Assembly (NCBI GenBank): GCA_963711565.1
Contig: CAVQEQ010000004.1
Coordinates: 1,248,001-1,312,000 of the forward strand
Source: an uncultured delta proteobacterium
Lineage (GTDB): Bacteria; Desulfobacterota; Binatia; Binatales; Binataceae
Reading direction: 5' to 3'
Length of the DNA stretch: 64,000 nt
Shown: positions 9,612 through 18,499 of the stretch, in pieces
How the letters are laid out: every line of letters begins with the position of its first letter
How positions within the stretch are numbered: the stretch's first letter is position 1
Position numbers and translations under genes: made by a program
The notes under the pieces: generated by a model
The model's input: the letters and a program-made list of their open reading frames with translations, nothing else
Database searches by the model: none
Told to the model about the DNA's origin: nothing

Positions 9612-10559
9612 ATGAAGCTGGCGTTTCTTTTTCCCGGGCAGGGATCGCAGCGGGTCGGGATGGGCAAGGAGCTTGCGGATAACTTTCCGGCCGCGCGCGA
9701 CACCTTCGAAGAAGCCGACGATGCACTGGGGTTCTCGCTGTCGAAACTATGCTTCGAAGGGCCGGAAGATGAGCTGCGGCTGACGGCCAACACTCAACCG
9801 GCGATGGTGACGGCGTCGATAGCGGCGCTGCGCGTCTATCGCAAGGAAATCGGCGGCGAGCCGGAAATCGCGGCGGGTCACAGCCTTGGCGAATACAGCG
9901 CTCTGGTCGCTGCCGGCGCGATCGAGTTTCCCGACGCGGTCCGCGCAGTGCGCGAGCGCGGGCGCCTGATGCAGGAAGCCGTGCCGCCGGGGCAGGGCGC
10001 GATGGCGGCGCTGATAGGCCTCGAGCTGCAACAAGTGCAGGAAATCTGCGCGGAGGTCACGCGCGACGGCAAGATCGCGGTGCCCGCCAATCTAAATGCG
10101 CCCGGCCAGGTCGCAATCGCCGGACATGCGGCGCCGGTGCGCAAAGCGCTGGAGATTGCCAAGGAGCGGGGCGCGTCGATGTCGGTGGAATTGAAGGTCA
10201 GCGCACCGTTTCACTGTCCGCTGATGCAACCGGCGCGCGACGGAATGGAGCCGGTGCTGCGGGCGCTGAAGGTCGGCGCATTCAAGTTTGGCGTGATCGC
10301 GAACGTCACCGCGGAAGTGAATCGCGATCCTGCCCGCGTGGTGCCGTTGCTACTTGAGCAGATTACGGCGCCGGTGAGATGGGAGGAATCGATGGGCGTG
10401 GTCGCGCGCAGCGGCGTCACCGACGCGATCGAATTCGGTTGCGGCCGGGTGCTGATGGGCCTGATGCGACGGACGTACCGGACGATTCGCGTCCGCCCGC
10501 TCGAGGATCTCGCGTCGTTGAAGGCGGTCGCGGAGCCGGCAACCGCCGCCAAGACCTGA
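9612..10559 (+). CDS. fabD: Malonyl-CoA:ACP transacylase
   Basis: FPGQGSQ, GHSLGEY, VSAPFH motifs. Confidence 0.95.
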   Translation: MKLAFLFPGQGSQRVGMGKELADNFPAARDTFEEADDALGFSLSKLCFEGPEDELRLTANTQPAMVTASIAALRVYRKEIGGEPEIAAGHSLGEYSALVAAGAIEFPDAVRAVRERGRLMQEAVPPGQGAMAALIGLELQQVQEICAEVTRDGKIAVPANLNAPGQVAIAGHAAPVRKALEIAKERGASMSVELKVSAPFHCPLMQPARDGMEPVLRALKVGAFKFGVIANVTAEVNRDPARVVPLLLEQITAPVRWEESMGVVARSGVTDAIEFGCGRVLMGLMRRTYRTIRVRPLEDLASLKAVAEPATAAKT

Positions 10560-10717
10560 CCGGCACCTTGCGTCCGCGCCTTTCAGTCCTTATGCTCCCC
10601 TGATAATTTAATCCCGACCCCTCGCCCGTTACCTCTGGTCTTCGCGGCAGTGGGATAGTGTTAGAATATTGATTAGCGGCCTAACGACGGCTCGCTGCCA
10701 GGAGGAACGACAGCACG

Positions 10718-10957
10718 ATGGCTCAAGACATCGAAACCAAGGTTCGCGAGAAGATAAGCGAGCAACTGGGCGTGGCCGCGGACGAAGTAACTCCGGAGGC
10801 CTCGTTTATCGAGGACCTGGGCGCCGACTCACTCGACATCGTCGAGCTGGTGATGGCGCTGGAAGAGGAGTTCAACATCGAAATCTCCGACGAGGACGCC
10901 GAGAAGATTCGCACCGTCAAGGACGTCGTCACCTATATCGAGGCTCACAAGAGCTGA
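10718..10957 (+). CDS. acpP: Acyl carrier protein
   Basis: [20 protein letters not shown] motif; GGAGGA RBS upstream. Confidence 0.97.
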   Translation: MAQDIETKVREKISEQLGVAADEVTPEASFIEDLGADSLDIVELVMALEEEFNIEISDEDAEKIRTVKDVVTYIEAHKS

Positions 10958-11034
10958 AGCCACGCGCCGCAAAACTCGCTCGTTACAAGTCGCCGGCCCC
11001 TCGGCGACGCGCCGGAAGGATCCGGAGCTAGGTC

Positions 11035-11544
11035 ATGCGGTGCCCATTCTGCCGCAATCGGAAGAACCGTGTGGTCGATTCGCGGATGTCGAACGACGGC
11101 ATGATGATACGGCGCCGTCGCTCGTGCGGGGCATGCAAGCGGCGCTTCACTACTTACGAACGGGTCGAAGAAGCGGCGCCGATGGTCGTCAAGAAGGACG
11201 GTCGCCGCGAACCGTTCGACCGCGCGAAGATAATCGCCGGCCTCACGCGCGCGTGCGAGAAGCGGCCGGTCTCGATGGAAACGATCGAGCAGATCGCCGG
11301 CAGCATCGAGACCACGATGGCGGAGCAGGGCGATCGCGAGGTTGCAAGCAACGCGATCGGAGCAGCGGTGATGAACGAGCTGCACAAGATCGACCAGGTC
11401 GCGTACGTGCGCTTCGCGTCGGTGTATCGCTCATTCAAGGATATCGACGAGTTCATGCACGAGCTCGAAGACCTCATCAATCAACGCAAGCATGCGCCCG
11501 CATCGCGCGCCGCCGGTGAAAAGAAAGGCAGCGGTTCCTCCTGA
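11035..11544 (+). CDS. nrdR: Transcriptional repressor NrdR
   Basis: MRCPFC, IRRRRSC, RFTTYE, ATP cone, [10 protein letters not shown]. Confidence 0.97.
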   Translation: MRCPFCRNRKNRVVDSRMSNDGMMIRRRRSCGACKRRFTTYERVEEAAPMVVKKDGRREPFDRAKIIAGLTRACEKRPVSMETIEQIAGSIETTMAEQGDREVASNAIGAAVMNELHKIDQVAYVRFASVYRSFKDIDEFMHELEDLINQRKHAPASRAAGEKKGSGSS

Positions 11545-12658
11545 TTCGGCCAAGATTCGGGACGCGCGCTTCATGCGCGAGGCGCTCGCGCTGGCGCAGG
11601 ACCGGCTCGGGCTCACCACTCCCAATCCCGCGGTAGGATGCGTGATCGTGCGCGGCGACAAGGTCGTCGGGCGCGGCGTCACCGGTATTGGCGGGCGTCC
11701 GCACGGCGAGACGCAGGCGCTCGCCGTCGCGGGCGCGCTCGCGCGCGGCGCGACGGCGTACGTCTCATTCGAGCCGTGCGCGCATTTCGGGCAGACGCCA
11801 CCATGCGCGAACGGGCTGGTGGCGGCGGGCGTCAAGCGCGTCGTCATCGGGTGCGGCGATCCCGACCCGCGCGTCAGCGGGCGCGGGATCGCAATCCTCA
11901 AGCGGGCGAGGATCAAGGTCACTGCTGGAGTGCTCGAAGACGAAGCGCGGCGGCTGAACGAAGGGTTCATCACGCGGCTGAGGCTTGGGCGGCCGCTGGG
12001 GATACTGAAGCTGGCGATGTCGATAGACGGGCGAATCGCCGCGGCGAGCGGCGATTCGCGCTGGATCAGTTCGCGCGAATCGCGCGAACTGGTGCATCGA
12101 TGGCGGCGCGAATGCGACGCCGTGATGGTCGGCGCGGGCACTGTGATTGCGGACAATCCGCGGCTGACCTGCAGAATCGCGGGCGGGCGCGATCCGGTGC
12201 GCGTCATCGTCAACGCGCGGCTACGCACGTCGCCGACGGCGCGCGTGTATCGGCAGCGGTCGAGCGCGGCCACCGTACTGGTGACCACGCCTGCGAACCT
12301 CGCTCGCGCGCGAGACAAGTATGAGAGCAGCCGCGTTGAAGTGCTCGCGGTGGCGGCATCCGACGGCACGATCGAGCTGGATCGGCTGATGTTTGAATTT
12401 GGGCATCGCGGATGGTGTCGCGTGTTGATCGAAGGGGGCGCCAATCTCGCCGGTTCGGCGCTGAGCGCGGGCATCGTGGATCGAGTGGCATTCTTTGTGG
12501 CGCCGAAAATCATCGGCGCGGGTTTGTCCGCGATCGGTGGAATGAAGGCGCGCGAGGTCCGCGATTCCGTGCAGCTTGAAAATCTGTCGGCGCGCGCGGT
12601 CGGCGACGATTGGCTGCTAGAGGGCCGCATCATCGCCCGAAAGGGCCGCACTGGTTAG
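11492..12658 (+). CDS. ribD: Bifunctional diaminohydroxyphosphoribosylaminopyrimidine deaminase/reductase
   Basis: [33 protein letters not shown] motifs; start uncertain (GTG at 11516 possible). Confidence 0.93.
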   Translation: MRPHRAPPVKRKAAVPPDSAKIRDARFMREALALAQDRLGLTTPNPAVGCVIVRGDKVVGRGVTGIGGRPHGETQALAVAGALARGATAYVSFEPCAHFGQTPPCANGLVAAGVKRVVIGCGDPDPRVSGRGIAILKRARIKVTAGVLEDEARRLNEGFITRLRLGRPLGILKLAMSIDGRIAAASGDSRWISSRESRELVHRWRRECDAVMVGAGTVIADNPRLTCRIAGGRDPVRVIVNARLRTSPTARVYRQRSSAATVLVTTPANLARARDKYESSRVEVLAVAASDGTIELDRLMFEFGHRGWCRVLIEGGANLAGSALSAGIVDRVAFFVAPKIIGAGLSAIGGMKAREVRDSVQLENLSARAVGDDWLLEGRIIARKGRTG

Positions 12659-12702
12659 GTCGTCTGGCCGGTGATAATATCGCCATCGTTGAACTGAATC
12701 AG

Positions 12703-13914
12703 ATGGCATCGGCTTCTTTAGAAGAAATTTTCTCCACCCTGCGCGACGGAAAGATGGTCGTGATGGTTGCGGAGGAGCGCGAGGACGCTGAGGGCGACCT
12801 CGTGATGGCGGCCGAAAAAATCACGCCCGACGACATCAATTTCATGGCGCGCGAAGCCCGCGGCGTGATCTCCGTCGCGATTCCCGAGAAGCGCTTCCGC
12901 GCGCTGGGGATCCCGCTCCAGCCTTCAACCGACAACGGCGATTCCAACGAGCAGGCCGGCGTGCTGATTGACGCGCGCGAAGGCGCGACAACCGGCATTT
13001 CGGCCGGCGACCGCGCGCGCGTGATTTCGGTGGTCGCGTTCGAGGAATCGCGCCACGACGACATCGTCATGCCCGGACACATCCTGCCGTTGATGGCACT
13101 GAGCGGGGGCGTGATGGTGCGAATCGGGCGCGCAGAGGGCGCGGTCGATCTGATGCGCTCGGCGGGGATGGGCCCGGTCGCCGCGCTATGCACGATATTG
13201 CGGGAAGACGGCGAGGCGGCGCGGCTCGGGGAACTGCGCGAGTTCGCGGCGCGGCATTCGATTCCGATAGTTTACGTCAAGGAACTCGTTTCGCACCGCT
13301 TGACGAATGAAGTTCTGGTTAAGCGCGTTTCCGAGGAGCCGTTTCCAATCGAGGGCGGTATGCTGAATGCCGTCGTGTTCCGTAACGTCGTCAACGGCCG
13401 CGAGCATCTTGCGCTGATCAAGGGGCATGTCGGCGGCGGACGCACGGCACTGGTGCGGCTTCATTCGGAGTGCCTGACCGGCGACGTGTTTGCGTCGGCG
13501 CGATGCGACTGCGGCGAGCAGTTGCAGGAGGCGCTCGAGCGCATCATGGCGGCCGAGCGCGGCGTCGTGATTTATCTGCATCAAGAGGGGCGCGGAATCG
13601 GGCTCGGGAACAAGATTCGTGCGTACGCCCTGCAGGACAACGGGATGGACACGGTCGAAGCGAACCTGCATCTCGGCTTCGACGAGGACCTGCGCGATTA
13701 CGGCATCGGCGCGCAAATACTGCGCGATCTCGGCGTCGGCGAGGTGCAGTTGCTGACCAACAATCCGCACAAGATCGAAAGCCTGCGCCGTTACGGGGTG
13801 AACGTTTCGCGCGTGCCGATCGAAGTCACGCCGCATGCGGGAAATATCGGATACCTGAAAACCAAGAAGGAAAAACTCGGCCACCTGTTTTCTGAGCTGA
13901 AGCTGATCACTTGA
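12703..13914 (+). CDS. ribBA: RibBA-type fusion: degenerate DHBP synthase domain plus intact GTP cyclohydrolase II
   Basis: C-terminal [30 protein letters not shown] intact; N-terminal RibB fold recognisable but catalytic motifs altered. Confidence 0.9.
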   Translation: MASASLEEIFSTLRDGKMVVMVAEEREDAEGDLVMAAEKITPDDINFMAREARGVISVAIPEKRFRALGIPLQPSTDNGDSNEQAGVLIDAREGATTGISAGDRARVISVVAFEESRHDDIVMPGHILPLMALSGGVMVRIGRAEGAVDLMRSAGMGPVAALCTILREDGEAARLGELREFAARHSIPIVYVKELVSHRLTNEVLVKRVSEEPFPIEGGMLNAVVFRNVVNGREHLALIKGHVGGGRTALVRLHSECLTGDVFASARCDCGEQLQEALERIMAAERGVVIYLHQEGRGIGLGNKIRAYALQDNGMDTVEANLHLGFDEDLRDYGIGAQILRDLGVGEVQLLTNNPHKIESLRRYGVNVSRVPIEVTPHAGNIGYLKTKKEKLGHLFSELKLIT

Positions 13915-13960
13915 GAGAGCAAGCCGGCGCGTCTGCGCCGTCCGCGACTGTGGAATTGCA

Positions 13961-14407
13961 ATGGGACTAAGACATCAGGGGCGCGAGCTTGCGCTCAAGG
14001 CCCTGTACCGGATCGATATCTGCGGCGGCGCCAGCAGCGACGACCTGACCGCGCTGTTCGAGAGTTTCCCGGTCGAGGATGACGCGCGCAGGTTTGCCGT
14101 CCAATTGATGGAAGGGGTGCGGCGCGAGCAGCCGGCGCTCGACAAGCATCTGGCGGACGCGCTGGAACATTGGTCGGTCAAGCGGCTGTCGCGCGTCGAT
14201 CATAACGTGATGCGAATCGCGCTCTACGAATTGATCAGGATGGAGGACATTCCGGCGCGCGTGACGATCGACGAAGCGATCGAGCTGGCGAAGTGCTACG
14301 GCGACATCGAGTCGGGCCGCTTCGTCAACGGTGTGCTGGACGAAATTGCGGGACGGTTGGGGCTCAAGCAGAAGGGCGAGGATGTCACGCTACCCAAGGC
14401 CGAGTAG
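13961..14407 (+). CDS. nusB: Transcription antitermination factor NusB
   Basis: RELALKALY, IDEAIELAK, FVNGVLD motifs. Confidence 0.95.
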   Translation: MGLRHQGRELALKALYRIDICGGASSDDLTALFESFPVEDDARRFAVQLMEGVRREQPALDKHLADALEHWSVKRLSRVDHNVMRIALYELIRMEDIPARVTIDEAIELAKCYGDIESGRFVNGVLDEIAGRLGLKQKGEDVTLPKAE

Positions 14408-14987
14408 GCTGCTCGGCTTCGCGATTGCCGCCGGGCTCTTTTTGTCCGGGTGCGGCTATCACTTCGCGGCTTCCGGCGATGTGCTGCCGAAAAACGCCCA
14501 GACGATTTACGTCGCGAGATTCGGTAATGGCACGCGCATAACCGGAGTCAACGACGAGTTGATGCGGTATATTAAAGACGAAATTGCATCCCATGACCGG
14601 CTAACGATCGTGGACAGTCGGGACGCGGCCGACTTGCAGCTGTCGGGTGAAGTCAGGGTCAGCATCGATGCGCCGATAAACTTCAACACGGCGCTCGAGC
14701 CGACGAGTTACCGCAACAGCCTGATAGTCTCGGCGACACTCAAAGATCTGCATGCGGGAAAAGTGATCTGGAGCAGCCGCAGTATCACCAGCTCGCAACA
14801 TGCTTCGGCCGTCGCGCAAACGATCGTGAGCACCACGCCGACTTTTCTGCAGCAGAACCTGCGCGGCGGCGACCTCTCGCAGATGTCCGATCTCCAGGTG
14901 GCGCAATCGCAGACCGCGTTCGCGCGCGACCAGATGATGCAGAGGCTCGCGGCGAACCTCTACACCGAGATGGCGGAAGGCTTCTAG
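14382..14987 (+). CDS. lptE: LptE-like lipoprotein
   Basis: Lipobox LSGC followed by GYHF; immediately upstream of holA. Confidence 0.75.
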   Translation: MSRYPRPSRLLGFAIAAGLFLSGCGYHFAASGDVLPKNAQTIYVARFGNGTRITGVNDELMRYIKDEIASHDRLTIVDSRDAADLQLSGEVRVSIDAPINFNTALEPTSYRNSLIVSATLKDLHAGKVIWSSRSITSSQHASAVAQTIVSTTPTFLQQNLRGGDLSQMSDLQVAQSQTAFARDQMMQRLAANLYTEMAEGF

Positions 14988-15017
14988 CCGGGGCGCGCGC
15001 TGAGGATCTTTTGCCGT

Positions 15018-16091
15018 ATGCCGCTTGAAACCGCGCTCGCGTACATTCGAGCAGCGGGCGGGGAGCAGCAAAAGCGAATCCCGCCGGTGGTGGTGATTTT
15101 CGGCCCGCACGCATTTCTGCGCGAATACGTTCTCGATTCGATTGTTCGCAAGCTCGTCGGCGACGGATGCCAGTATCGCAGCTTTCAGATCGGTGCCGGT
15201 GATGACTACGGCGCGGCGCTGAACGAGCTGAGCGCGCCCGATTTGTTCGCACCCCGGCGCGCGATCGCATGCCGAATTCTGAAATCGCGCCGGGACAAGG
15301 CGGAGACTGCGGGCGATGTTGACGCCGGCGACACGCGCGCGTCGGGCAGCTCAGGGTCTGAGGCAGCCCTGGTGGCGGCAATCGAGTCGGCGCGCGGCCC
15401 GGGCAGCCTCATCCTGCTCTACGAAAAGGACAATGCGCCGGCCAAGGTGCGGCGCGCAGCGGAAAAGTCGGCGCTGCTCGTGAATTGCATGCGTCCGTTC
15501 GACAACCAGATCGAGCAATACGTCAACGCGTTCGCGAATTCGCTGGGATTGAAACTGTCGCCGGCTGCGATCGACCTGGTTATTTCACGGCATGGCGGAG
15601 ATTTGGCGGCTGTCGCCAATACGCTCGGCAAAGTGACGATCTTCGCCGAACCGGGCAAGGCAGTGCAGCCGGGCGATCTCGATGAGGGCGCGCGGCGGAT
15701 GCCGGAAGCATTCGAGTTGGCGGAGAGCGTCGCGCGCGGCCGGGCCACGGCAGCGCTGGCGCAGTTGGGGCGCGCGCTTGCGCTCGGGCGCGAGGTGTTC
15801 GAGATCCTGGCAGTCGAGATAATCCCGATGATGCGCCGGATGACGATCGCGGCCTCGATGATGTCGTCGCGAAGGAGTCCGGGTGACGTGGCCGTGGCGC
15901 TGGGATTGCCGCCGCAAAGCGGGTTGGCGACGCGCGCAATCGAAGGGGCGCGGCGCTTCGGGCCGGCGCGGCTGGAACGCGCCTACTGGCGCGCGTGCGC
16001 GATGGATGCGGGATTCAAGGACGGTACGATCAAGGAGCGCGAGGAAGCGCTTGCGGGATTGATCCTCGATCTGATGGGCGCGCCCGACTAG
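15018..16091 (+). CDS. holA: DNA polymerase III subunit delta
   Basis: Conserved lptE-holA-rpsT context; N-terminal VVVIFGP-FL and C-terminal DAGFKDG pattern. Confidence 0.8.
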   Translation: MPLETALAYIRAAGGEQQKRIPPVVVIFGPHAFLREYVLDSIVRKLVGDGCQYRSFQIGAGDDYGAALNELSAPDLFAPRRAIACRILKSRRDKAETAGDVDAGDTRASGSSGSEAALVAAIESARGPGSLILLYEKDNAPAKVRRAAEKSALLVNCMRPFDNQIEQYVNAFANSLGLKLSPAAIDLVISRHGGDLAAVANTLGKVTIFAEPGKAVQPGDLDEGARRMPEAFELAESVARGRATAALAQLGRALALGREVFEILAVEIIPMMRRMTIAASMMSSRRSPGDVAVALGLPPQSGLATRAIEGARRFGPARLERAYWRACAMDAGFKDGTIKEREEALAGLILDLMGAPD

Positions 16092-16093
16092 AA

Positions 16094-16111
16094 ACCGCTC
16101 GCTCGAGCGGT
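16094..16111. terminator. Short hairpin between convergent holA and rpsT
   Basis: ACCGCTC-GCTC-GAGCGGT inverted repeat; no strong U tract. Confidence 0.35.
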
Positions 16112-16115
16112 CACC

Positions 16116-16403
16116 CTACGCTTTCTTGCCGAACTTGCGATGCAGGCTGGCGGACAGCCGCGCGACTTTGCGGCGCACCGTATTGCGATGCATCGTGCCG
16201 CTGCTGATCGCCTTGTACAGCACCTTGGTGGCCTGCTTGAGCGCTTCATTCGCCTTCGCCTGGTCGGTGCTCGTCGCGATAGTTTCCGCGGCGGTCTTGG
16301 CCAGCGTGCGGGCACGTGTGCGGACGACGCGGTTGCGCTCGGCGCGTTTAAGACTTTGCCGATGACGCTTCTCGGCCGATGGATGAATGGGAATATGAGG
16401 CAT
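16116..16403 (-). CDS. rpsT: 30S ribosomal protein S20
   Basis: SAEKRHRQ...RN and MHRNTVRRKVARL motifs; convergent with holA. Confidence 0.93.
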   Translation of the reverse strand: MPHIPIHPSAEKRHRQSLKRAERNRVVRTRARTLAKTAAETIATSTDQAKANEALKQATKVLYKAISSGTMHRNTVRRKVARLSASLHRKFGKKA

Positions 16404-16473
16404 AACCAGTCACTTGTAACAGTGAGCGAGGGCGGGGGCAATACACGATCGAGTTATACCGGCATCAGAGCCG

Positions 16474-16746
16474 CTATTCCCGATTCTTCTTGAGGGCGTC
16501 CAGAATGAGATCGCGCCGCCGCATATCCGGTTCGTCCTTAAGACTGGACAGCGCCAATTCGTTTCTTTCGGCGGCAGGCAGGTTCAAGCACGGACGGCAC
16601 ACGCCATGGACGAGCAACGCTTGATTGGGGTCTATCCCGAAGTGTCGGCGGAGCATTTCCCGCGCCTCGGCGCTAAGCGGAAACTGATCGATCTTGGCTT
16701 CTCGCAACGTCCTGCCGCACAGCACGCATGTCATAAAACCTTCCAT
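16474..16746 (-). CDS. Small hypothetical protein with two CxxC pairs
   Basis: CVLC and CRPC; fills the rpsT-mazG gap. Confidence 0.5.
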   Translation of the reverse strand: MEGFMTCVLCGRTLREAKIDQFPLSAEAREMLRRHFGIDPNQALLVHGVCRPCLNLPAAERNELALSSLKDEPDMRRRDLILDALKKNRE

Positions 16747-16884
16747 GACCCGAGAAGATCACGCCATCTCTCAGTCCACGCTACCGTATCCGTCATGTCC
16801 GCCTCGACTGCAGGCGGGTGCCTGCAATTACCAAACCGGTCGTAATTCAGATTGGTTGGGAGGGTTACGCCGCTGACGTTAGAT

Positions 16885-17697
16885 TCAAGTCCGGCCGGTC
16901 GCGCGCAAAGCGGCTTTCGCCTCGTTCCACAGCGCGTCGATTTCAGCCGGGGTCATCGCTTTGGGATCGAGGCCTCGCGCGGCCGCGATTCTTGCGACCT
17001 CGTCGAAGCGCACGACGAACTTGTCGCAGGCGGCGCGCAGCGTCTGCTCGGCATCCATCCCGATGAAGCGAGGCGCGTTGGCAATCGCGAGCATCAGGTC
17101 GCCGATCTCCTCGGCAATGTGAGCGGTGTCACCGCGGTCGAGCGCCTGCTCGACCTCGTCGAGCTCCTCGCGCGCCTGCGCGATCACCTCGCGGATGTTG
17201 GCCCAATCCATGCCGGCACGGCGGGCTTTCTCGCCGAGCTTCTCCGCGCGCATCATCGAGGGCAATCCGCGGCCTACATGAGCGAGGCTCTTGGCGCCGT
17301 CCGGATTCTTGCTCGCGCGCTCCCGCAGTTTCATTCGCTCCCAGATTTCCTGAACTTGCTCGATCGACTCGGCGCGTTCGTCTCCGTAAACATGCGGATT
17401 GCGCCGGATGAGTTTTTCGGCGCTGTAACGCATGATCGTCGCAATGTTGGACTTTGAGTGCTCGCCGAGAATCAAGCTCGTGAACAGGCATTGAATCATC
17501 ACGTCGCCGAGCTCCTCGGCCGCTTCGGAAAGGTTGCCGCGGGCGATCGCCTCAGCCACCTCATACGCTTCCTCGATCAGCCGGTGCGGGGTATCGGCGA
17601 GCTTCTGTGCTCGATCCCACGGATCGCGCACACGCAGTTCGGCAATGACCTCGAGCAGTCTGGAGAATGCTTGCGCAGCGGTGTTGTCCTCGCTCAT
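16885..17697 (-). CDS. mazG: Nucleoside triphosphate pyrophosphohydrolase MazG
   Basis: Tandem MazG domains: PWD, IEEAYE, EELGD, KLIRRNPHVY, EEIGDL. Confidence 0.92.
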   Translation of the reverse strand: MSEDNTAAQAFSRLLEVIAELRVRDPWDRAQKLADTPHRLIEEAYEVAEAIARGNLSEAAEELGDVMIQCLFTSLILGEHSKSNIATIMRYSAEKLIRRNPHVYGDERAESIEQVQEIWERMKLRERASKNPDGAKSLAHVGRGLPSMMRAEKLGEKARRAGMDWANIREVIAQAREELDEVEQALDRGDTAHIAEEIGDLMLAIANAPRFIGMDAEQTLRAACDKFVVRFDEVARIAAARGLDPKAMTPAEIDALWNEAKAALRATGRT

Positions 17698-17704
17698 GGC
17701 AGAG

Positions 17705-18367
17705 TTACGGTTTGACGATTGGGTCGAGGACCTTTTCGGTCAGGAAGTTCGACAGGTCTTGCAAGCCTTCGGCGGTTATCTCGTGGCCGCAATCGTACTC
17801 GCGATACGTGAGCGGCACCTTCAGCGCACGCAGCGATTCCACCGACGATCGCGCGCGTGTGATTTCGATCATCTCGTCAGCGCGGCCGTGCTGAACCAGC
17901 GTTGGCAGCGCTTCGAGAGCGGCTGGATCGTTGACCTGATCTTTCAGATCGGCTGGAAAGACCGTCGAGAGTGCGACCAGCGCCGCGAACTTCGACGGGT
18001 TTCGAATCGCGAGCCGGTAGGCCATCATGCCGCCCTGGCTGAAGCCGAGCACGACCAGCTTCTTTCGATCGACGGGGTATTTCTTCAGCGCCTCGTTGAG
18101 AAACTCGGTGACCATTTTGTTGGCGTCGTCGATTGCGGTGCGATCGGGCGACGCGCCCATCCGAATCGGAAACCATGCATAGCCGCGCGTCGGACCGATC
18201 GGCACTTCCATCGGACCCTGCGGGCAAATCACCATGAAGCGGCCGTCCGCGATGTACGGCGCGAGACCCAGCAGATCGAGCGCGCTGGCGCCGAACCCAT
18301 GCATCGCGATTAGCGTCGGATGCGGTCCCTCGCCGGCGGGCTCATAGACGGTATGGATCAGTCGCAT
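17705..18367 (-). CDS. Alpha/beta hydrolase (phospholipase/carboxylesterase family)
   Basis: MHGFG, GFSQGG, HG-ADE, GHEI catalytic triad pattern. Confidence 0.9.
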   Translation of the reverse strand: MRLIHTVYEPAGEGPHPTLIAMHGFGASALDLLGLAPYIADGRFMVICPQGPMEVPIGPTRGYAWFPIRMGASPDRTAIDDANKMVTEFLNEALKKYPVDRKKLVVLGFSQGGMMAYRLAIRNPSKFAALVALSTVFPADLKDQVNDPAALEALPTLVQHGRADEMIEITRARSSVESLRALKVPLTYREYDCGHEITAEGLQDLSNFLTEKVLDPIVKP

Positions 18368-18499
18368 CGAGGCGTTCTCCTTGGCGGCGTTGCCGCATAA
18401 TAGACTGTGCGCGAGCGCCGCCGCCAGCGACCTGCGAGGTGTTCATCGCAGCGCCAATAACCGCTATCTTTGACGGCGCGCGATGTGGGCATTAGCGAG

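Noticed and set aside
10560-10717. Possible fabG remnant or ncRNA between fabD and acpP
   Set aside because: No SDR-like translation or recognisable RNA motif; consistent with an acpP promoter region
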